Below are positions 58,175 through 64,000 of a stretch of 64,000 nt of DNA, in pieces. This DNA comes from an uncultured Thermoproteaceae archaeon (lineage in GTDB: Archaea > Thermoproteota > Thermoprotei > Thermoproteales > Thermocladiaceae). Below the pieces are notes generated by a model, which saw nothing but the letters and a program-made list of their open reading frames with translations, was not told the DNA's origin and searched no databases. How positions within the stretch are numbered: position 1 is the stretch's first letter; each line of letters begins with the position of its first letter. Location: NCBI GenBank assembly GCA_964575955.1, contig CAZNTG010000003.1, forward strand, positions 32,001-96,000, read 5' to 3'. A program made the translations under genes and the position numbers.

Positions 58175-59119
58175 ATGTCATATAGGAGGTTTAAAAAGAG
58201 AAATCTACTAACACTACTAGACTACTCTCCTAGTGATGTATTGAAAATTTTAGAAATTTCTAAAGAAATGAAACTTCTATACTATTCAGGTTATAGACTA
58301 ATTAATTCACATGTTGGTAGAGTATTGATGTTAATATTTGAAAAGCCTAGTACTAGAACTAGAGTTAGTCTTGAAGTTGCTGGTTATGAGCTTGGTATGC
58401 AGGTTATTTATGCAAGTCCATCAGAGCTTCAACTTGGTAGAGGTGAGCCAATTAAAGATACTGTGAGAGTATTGTCTAGATATGTTGACTGTATTGCAGC
58501 TAGAGTATATAGTCATCAATCTCTAGAAGAGATGGCTAAGTACTCAGATATACCTATAATAAATGCTCTAAGTGATAAGTATCATCCACTTCAAGCACTT
58601 GCAGATGCATTAACAATATGGGAGTATAAGGGAAGGTTAAGTGGTATTAAACTTGCATTTCTAGGTGATGGAAATTCAAATGTCTCTAGAAGTCTAGTTG
58701 TTATTGGTTCTAAGCTTGGTTGGGAAGTTAGAATTGTAGGTCCACGTAGATATTGGCCTGATTCAAAACTTCTTAAAGATGTTGAAGATGATTGTAGGAA
58801 GACTGGTGCAAATATCATACTTACTGAAGATGTTGAGGAAGGTGTGAAGAATGTTGATGTTGTTTATACAGATGTGTGGGTTAGTATGGGATTTGAGAGT
58901 GAAGCTCAGGAACGTATTGAAGCTATGAGAAAGTATCAGGTTAATATGGAGATTATGAATATTGCAGGTAGAGATGCAATATTTATGCATTGTCTACCTG
59001 CGAAGAGAGGTCAGGAAGTTACTGAGGAAGTCTTAGAATCTGATAGAAGTGTTGTGTGGGATCAGGCTGAGAATAGGCTACATACAGCTAAGGCAGTACT
59101 ATACCTGTTAGTACCTTAG
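58175..59119 (+). CDS. argF: Ornithine carbamoyltransferase
   Basis: FEKPSTRTR, HPLQALAD, DVWVSMG, FMHCLP, QAENR. Confidence 0.97.
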   Translation: MSYRRFKKRNLLTLLDYSPSDVLKILEISKEMKLLYYSGYRLINSHVGRVLMLIFEKPSTRTRVSLEVAGYELGMQVIYASPSELQLGRGEPIKDTVRVLSRYVDCIAARVYSHQSLEEMAKYSDIPIINALSDKYHPLQALADALTIWEYKGRLSGIKLAFLGDGNSNVSRSLVVIGSKLGWEVRIVGPRRYWPDSKLLKDVEDDCRKTGANIILTEDVEEGVKNVDVVYTDVWVSMGFESEAQERIEAMRKYQVNMEIMNIAGRDAIFMHCLPAKRGQEVTEEVLESDRSVVWDQAENRLHTAKAVLYLLVP

Positions 59120-59628
59120 ACTTTACTAGAAATTTGTTTAAGATTTAACTTTATCTTTCTCATAAATAGTTTAATCTCTATAGCTACAATCAATGTTATT
59201 ATTATGAAAGATTGTAGAAATGTACAGTATGTACATATCGCATGTACATCATAAAGCTCTATGTATAGTAAGTATGGTATTAATGGTACACCTATAACAG
59301 ATAGTATCAATATAGCATCAATCAATCTCCTATCATACAGTATGTAGTATATGCATAATATTGTCTTAGTTGTAAACCATGCAACAGCTATCAATGCTAT
59401 AGGTATGTCATATCCTCCAACATGTATATAGGAGTATGGACTTGTAGCAACTCTAGCACAATTAATCTCAATTCCAAATAGAGATCCTCTACATAGTAGT
59501 GGATTTTCATGAAGTGTATACACAACATTATAATACATCAACGTTATTATCCAACCAATAATATTCGTAATTACCAGTATGTAATCTAGAATTAGCAACG
59601 TTTTAGGAATCTTGAAGTTATTTACCAT
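59116..59628 (-). CDS. Vitamin K epoxide reductase (VKOR)-family protein
   Basis: C...INCARVATSPYS loop; YIEL....AICTYCT CxxC. Confidence 0.9.
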   Translation of the reverse strand: MVNNFKIPKTLLILDYILVITNIIGWIITLMYYNVVYTLHENPLLCRGSLFGIEINCARVATSPYSYIHVGGYDIPIALIAVAWFTTKTILCIYYILYDRRLIDAILILSVIGVPLIPYLLYIELYDVHAICTYCTFLQSFIIITLIVAIEIKLFMRKIKLNLKQISSKV

Positions 59629-59713
59629 GTTCTCAAACTAGAATTTTAGACAAGGTTAAAATGCTTTTCTAAAGCCAAGGATTTTTAAGATATTCACAAT
59701 CTATCTAATAAAC

Positions 59714-60778
59714 ATGACTTGGAAAATTATAGATGAAGAAGAATTCGAAGAGGAGGAAGAGGAAGTAGAGGAAAGTGAAGAAGAAGCTGAAACTGAAGAG
59801 GTTTCTGAAGAAGGAGAGGAAGTAGAAGCATCTGAAGAAGCGGAAGAGATTGAAAAAGAGGAGGAAGAGGAGAAGAAGAGTGTCCAGGTTCAGAGGCAGG
59901 TTAGTAGAGAGAAGGTTAGAGAAGTGAAGATTTACCGTGTACCTTTTGGTATTGATAAGCTTGATGATGCTCTTGAGGGTGGTGTTCCTAAGGGTAGTTG
60001 GGTTGTTATTGGTGGTGAACCTGGCACAGGCAAGTCTATCTTGGCAATACACTTTGCCTGGAAAGGTCTTGAACTTGGTGATAAAGTCATCTACGTCACT
60101 ACTGAGCAGGAGTTTTATGATGTTATTGTTCAAGCTAAGCAGTTTGGTATGGATTTTGATGAGTATAATGTTTTTAATCTTGCAGAGGCCATACAGTGGG
60201 ATCGTGCTGATCGTGAATGGACTTTTGAGAAGCCTAGTAAGACACCTGACATCGTTGTTATAGACCTCTTCGGTCTAAGTCGCGTAGCACGTTTTGCACT
60301 ACAGGAACAGCTTAGTAGTGAGAAGAAGAGTACTAAATCAAAGAAGAGTTATGTACCGTGGAGTATTGATACTCTAATCTTTGCTCTAGACAAGGCTTAT
60401 GAAGTTCTTGAAGTTGAGAAAGGTCAACATATACGCCTAATCATAGACTCAATGTCAACCTTCTGGGTCGACAAGCCAGCAATGGCTAGGAGATATAGCT
60501 ATCAGCTGAAGCTTGCATATCATAGGAGCAACATTACAGCATTCTTAACAAGTCAATATGCAATGACTACAAAAGGAATCTTCGGCTTCGGTGTAGAGCA
60601 CATTGCAGATGTCGTAATGGAGACATGGATGACAGATATCAAGACAAGTAGAAAACTTGAACGCTACCTCGCAATAAAGAAGGCAAGAATGACAGCAATA
60701 AAGCATAACTTATTCAAGATAGATTTTGTGAAGGAAGGTAACATAAGTAGACTAGTTGTAGAACCTGTAAAACTGTAA
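59714..60778 (+). CDS. KaiC/RAD55-family ATPase with Glu-rich N-terminus
   Basis: GGEPGTGKS, YVTTE, LIIDS, FGFGVEHIAD, IKKARMT. Confidence 0.9.
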   Translation: MTWKIIDEEEFEEEEEEVEESEEEAETEEVSEEGEEVEASEEAEEIEKEEEEEKKSVQVQRQVSREKVREVKIYRVPFGIDKLDDALEGGVPKGSWVVIGGEPGTGKSILAIHFAWKGLELGDKVIYVTTEQEFYDVIVQAKQFGMDFDEYNVFNLAEAIQWDRADREWTFEKPSKTPDIVVIDLFGLSRVARFALQEQLSSEKKSTKSKKSYVPWSIDTLIFALDKAYEVLEVEKGQHIRLIIDSMSTFWVDKPAMARRYSYQLKLAYHRSNITAFLTSQYAMTTKGIFGFGVEHIADVVMETWMTDIKTSRKLERYLAIKKARMTAIKHNLFKIDFVKEGNISRLVVEPVKL

Positions 60779-60781
60779 GTA

Positions 60782-61330
60782 CTACTCACCTAAAATATTT
60801 CCTTCACAATCTACAGTTATAACTATAGGACCAAAATTTTCAACTCTCAAAATCCACATAGCTTCAGGAATTCCAAGCTCTTCTAAAAACATTACATCAA
60901 TAACCTCTTTAACATGTATTGCTGCAACAATACCACAACCTCCTGGAAATATTCCATATGCACACACTCTATCTCTAAATATCGGTACTACTCTTCTAGT
61001 AAGACCACCTTTCCCAACAATCATCTTGACGTTGGCAAGTTTTAATAATCTTGGTATATACTTCTCCATCCTTATACTTGTTGTCGGTCCAATAGACACT
61101 ATATGCCATTTATCATTCTCTCTCCTAACTACAGGTCCTGCATGATATATTACACATCCTTTAAATATGTCTTTACTAATCTTACCCTCTTCTAGTAGTT
61201 TTATTATAACTCTATGTGTTAAATCTCTAGCTGTTATTAATGTTCCAGATATATATACAATATCGCCAACATGTAGATTTTTAATATCATCATCTTTTAG
61301 AGGTGTTTTTAAGTATTTCACATTCGCCAT
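60782..61330 (-). CDS. Fe-S hydro-lyase (fumarase/tartrate dehydratase) beta subunit
   Basis: VGD.VY.SG...TARD..H, YHAGPV, GPTTS.RM, GKGG, PEAMW. Confidence 0.92.
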   Translation of the reverse strand: MANVKYLKTPLKDDDIKNLHVGDIVYISGTLITARDLTHRVIIKLLEEGKISKDIFKGCVIYHAGPVVRRENDKWHIVSIGPTTSIRMEKYIPRLLKLANVKMIVGKGGLTRRVVPIFRDRVCAYGIFPGGCGIVAAIHVKEVIDVMFLEELGIPEAMWILRVENFGPIVITVDCEGNILGE

Positions 61331-61372
61331 ATATCAGAACTTTATAATATAGCATTATAATATTTTTACGAT

Positions 61373-62338
61373 ATGTTTACTGTAGTTGACCTATTCTGTG
61401 GTGCTGGTGGTTTTAGTCGTGGATTTAGAGATGTTGGTTTTAAAGTGAAGCTTGGTGTTGATATTGATCCAATATGTGTTAAAACTTTCAGTTTCAACTT
61501 CCCTGAAAGTATTGTTCTTCAATGTGATATTAGAGAATTGACAGGTAGAGACATAATTAGACTTGTAGGTAAAGTTCCTGACGTTATTATTGGTGGTAGT
61601 CCCTGTGAACCATTTACAGCTGTCAATCCTAGAAGGATGGAAGATCCATTAGATAGACTATATGTTGATGAGCTTGGTCAACTCACACTTCACTTTATAC
61701 GTATTGTTGGTGAAATTCAACCTAGAGTATTTGTATTAGAAAATGTTCCAGAACTTTCACAAGAACCGTTGAGGTCTGCTATTAAAGAAGAATTTTCTAG
61801 AGTTGGATATTCAAAAATATTTTTCAATATCTTAAGAGCTGAGCACTACGGTACTCCAAGTGTTAGAAGGAGAGTTTTTATAAGCAATATTGAACTAAGA
61901 CCTGAGAGGGTTAGAAAAATTAAGACTGTGTGGGATGCTATTGGTGATTTACCACCACCAGATTCTGCACCTATTCCTAACCATGAGTATGTTCATATTA
62001 GTGAGAAGAAGCTTAGAAAGATTAGAAAATTAAGATTTAATGAAGCATTATTAAAATTTAGAGGTCATGAAGGTATGTTTAGAAATTTTGTAAGATTAGA
62101 TCCTAACAAACCTGCACCAACAGTTATGGGATGTTCGAGATTTATACACCCATACGAGGATAGATTACTAACAGTTAGGGAACAAGCTAGACTTCAAGGA
62201 TTTCCTGATGATCATGTATTTCTAGGTCCAAAAGATGCACAGTTTAATCAGGTTGGTGAAGCTGTGCCTGTTCCACTTGCTAGAGCAATTGCAAGATGTG
62301 TTAAAAAGTTCCTAGTTGAATCTGATCATAGTGTTTAA
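61373..62338 (+). CDS. C5 DNA-cytosine methyltransferase (orphan)
   Basis: DLFCGAGG, GGSPC, ENV, RRRVF, LTVRE.ARLQGFPD, QVGEAVP. Confidence 0.93.
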   Translation: MFTVVDLFCGAGGFSRGFRDVGFKVKLGVDIDPICVKTFSFNFPESIVLQCDIRELTGRDIIRLVGKVPDVIIGGSPCEPFTAVNPRRMEDPLDRLYVDELGQLTLHFIRIVGEIQPRVFVLENVPELSQEPLRSAIKEEFSRVGYSKIFFNILRAEHYGTPSVRRRVFISNIELRPERVRKIKTVWDAIGDLPPPDSAPIPNHEYVHISEKKLRKIRKLRFNEALLKFRGHEGMFRNFVRLDPNKPAPTVMGCSRFIHPYEDRLLTVREQARLQGFPDDHVFLGPKDAQFNQVGEAVPVPLARAIARCVKKFLVESDHSV

Positions 62339-62460
62339 TTAAGTCATGAAATGCAGCGAGGAAAATATTTAAATAAGATACACGATATTAAGAAGGGGGA
62401 CCCACCATTGTAATATATGTATCACCAGAGAGGAAAGCAGCAGAAAAGTCACTTGCAGCA

Positions 62461-62814
62461 GTGTTAAAAGAGTTAATGTTTCGAGAGCTCATAGATGGTG
62501 ATGCTATAATAGGTGCAGTAGTCCTTGATGCATCAGGATCGCCAATAGTACATCATCTACCAAACACATTGACAATGAAGTCAATACGAAATCTCTCACC
62601 AATAACAGAGATTGTTGATAGAGCTAAGAAGATAAGTGATGATCTGTTAGGAAAGTTCAACTATGCAGTATTCCACTTTGCAAACTTTAAAGTAGCATTT
62701 TTCGATGTTAATGGTAAGGGAACATTAATAATATTTGTAAATCCTGTGTGGCATATTGAAAATCTAGTAACTAAAATTAAACAGTTCTTAGTGAAGCTAG
62801 CAAGATTTATATAA
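62461..62814 (+). CDS. Roadblock/LC7-like protein
   Basis: IIGAVVLDASGSPIVHHLP, then helix and beta meander; start may lie upstream near 62407. Confidence 0.7.
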   Translation: MLKELMFRELIDGDAIIGAVVLDASGSPIVHHLPNTLTMKSIRNLSPITEIVDRAKKISDDLLGKFNYAVFHFANFKVAFFDVNGKGTLIIFVNPVWHIENLVTKIKQFLVKLARFI

Positions 62815-62852
62815 CACGTAGACTTCTATTAAAAGGCGTTATTAAAGAGTAT

Positions 62853-64000
62853 CTATTTTCCTCTTCCTAATCTCTCATGTGCTCTTGCTAATTCATTTCT
62901 TGCAAATGCTATAAGTAGATTTAACTCTCCTGCAAGTACTGCAGCACCTATAATTTCTGCAAATTTTAGAGCATTAGTACCGGGGGGATTTCCTGATCCA
63001 GCAACTCCAAGTATTTTTAACGCTTCTTGCTGTGTTGGTAATCTTGTACCACCACCAACAGTTCCAACTTCTAGACTTGGTAATGTTATTGTGAAGTAGA
63101 GATTTCCTTCTCTATCAACTTCTGCCCATGTAAATCCCATGCTTGACTCAACTATCTGTGCAACATCCTGTCCTGTTGCTATAAATATTGCAGCTATAAT
63201 ATTTGCAAAATGTGCATTAAATCCATAAGATGCTGCATATGCTGATCCTAGAAGATTTTTTCTATGTACAATATCTACAACATCTTCTGGTTTTATATTA
63301 AACTTCTCCTCTAGATACTTTCTAGATATTCTAGCTTCTGCAATTACAGTCTTACCTCTACCAAGTATGAGATTTAGTGCATTTGGCTTTTTATCAACAC
63401 ACATATTTCCACTAAGTGCTACAAGTCTTGCTTTTGGAAAGTTCTCAATTATGTATCTTACAGCTCTATCTACAGCTATTGTAACCATATTCATACCCAT
63501 TGCATCCCCTGTTGTGAATTTGAATCTAAGCCATACATTATTTCCCATAATATACTTCTCTATATCTATCAACTTTGCATGTCTACTTGTTGATTCAGCT
63601 ATCTTTTTTATATCATTAAAATTCTTATCAATCCATTCTAAGAATTCTAATGCGTCTAAGATACTTTCAAATGAGAATACTGGTGCTCTTGACATGAAAT
63701 CTTTAATAACTCTAACATTTACACCACCATTATCTGTAACAATTTTACAACCTCTATTTACAGATGCTACAAGTGCACCTTCAGTTGTTGCTAGTGGTAT
63801 GTAGTATAGACCTTTAGCATATTCACCATTTATGAGTAGTGGTCCTGCAATTCCTAGCGGTATCTGTACTACACCTATAGTATTTTCACAATTTTTACCA
63901 ACAACATCATTAAAATCTATACTATAACTTCCAATGTGTTTTAACTCAACATTACATAACTTCTCTATTACTCTCCTTCTTACATATGTTGCGGAGTTTG
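62853..64000 (-). CDS. hmgA: HMG-CoA reductase class I (5' end outside window)
   Basis: Frame stays open to the window edge: [55 protein letters not shown]. Confidence 0.97.
   Translation of the reverse strand, partial: NSATYVRRRVIEKLCNVELKHIGSYSIDFNDVVGKNCENTIGVVQIPLGIAGPLLINGEYAKGLYYIPLATTEGALVASVNRGCKIVTDNGGVNVRVIKDFMSRAPVFSFESILDALEFLEWIDKNFNDIKKIAESTSRHAKLIDIEKYIMGNNVWLRFKFTTGDAMGMNMVTIAVDRAVRYIIENFPKARLVALSGNMCVDKKPNALNLILGRGKTVIAEARISRKYLEEKFNIKPEDVVDIVHRKNLLGSAYAASYGFNAHFANIIAAIFIATGQDVAQIVESSMGFTWAEVDREGNLYFTITLPSLEVGTVGGGTRLPTQQEALKILGVAGSGNPPGTNALKFAEIIGAAVLAGELNLLIAFARNELARAHERLGRGK

Noticed and set aside
482-63804. Numerous antisense or overlapping ORFs in the track (e.g. 482..964, 11261..11929, 14514..14816, 52231..52743, 59705..60133)
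   Set aside because: Shadow frames of well-supported genes, with no motifs and biased composition

Overview
AT-rich chromosomal window from a thermophilic crenarchaeon (Thermoprotei, probably Thermoproteales-like; inferred from gene content). It is mostly core genes: priS (partial), PCNA, TFS, a ribosomal/translocation cluster with an internal inversion, rtcB, DNA ligase, nop5, gatE, argF and hmgA (partial). It also holds an intron-containing tRNA-Pro(TGG), four C/D-box guide sRNAs, a class III ribonucleotide reductase with two inteins, and a stand-alone fwdA. No CRISPR array was seen. The most notable accessory or unexplained features are: (i) a 434-bp unit in which a small Zn-ribbon ORF is bracketed by 30-bp inverted repeats (28/30 identical, each internally palindromic), at a local switch in strand composition; (ii) a pilin-like gene divergent from a stand-alone serine recombinase; (iii) a secreted cohesin-cohesin-dockerin protein; (iv) a tandem pair of CdvA-like coiled-coil proteins; (v) a Nus1/NgBR-like cis-prenyltransferase homolog lacking the catalytic motif; (vi) evidence for ATA/ATT start codons. 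All calls come from reading motifs by eye; no database searches were run.
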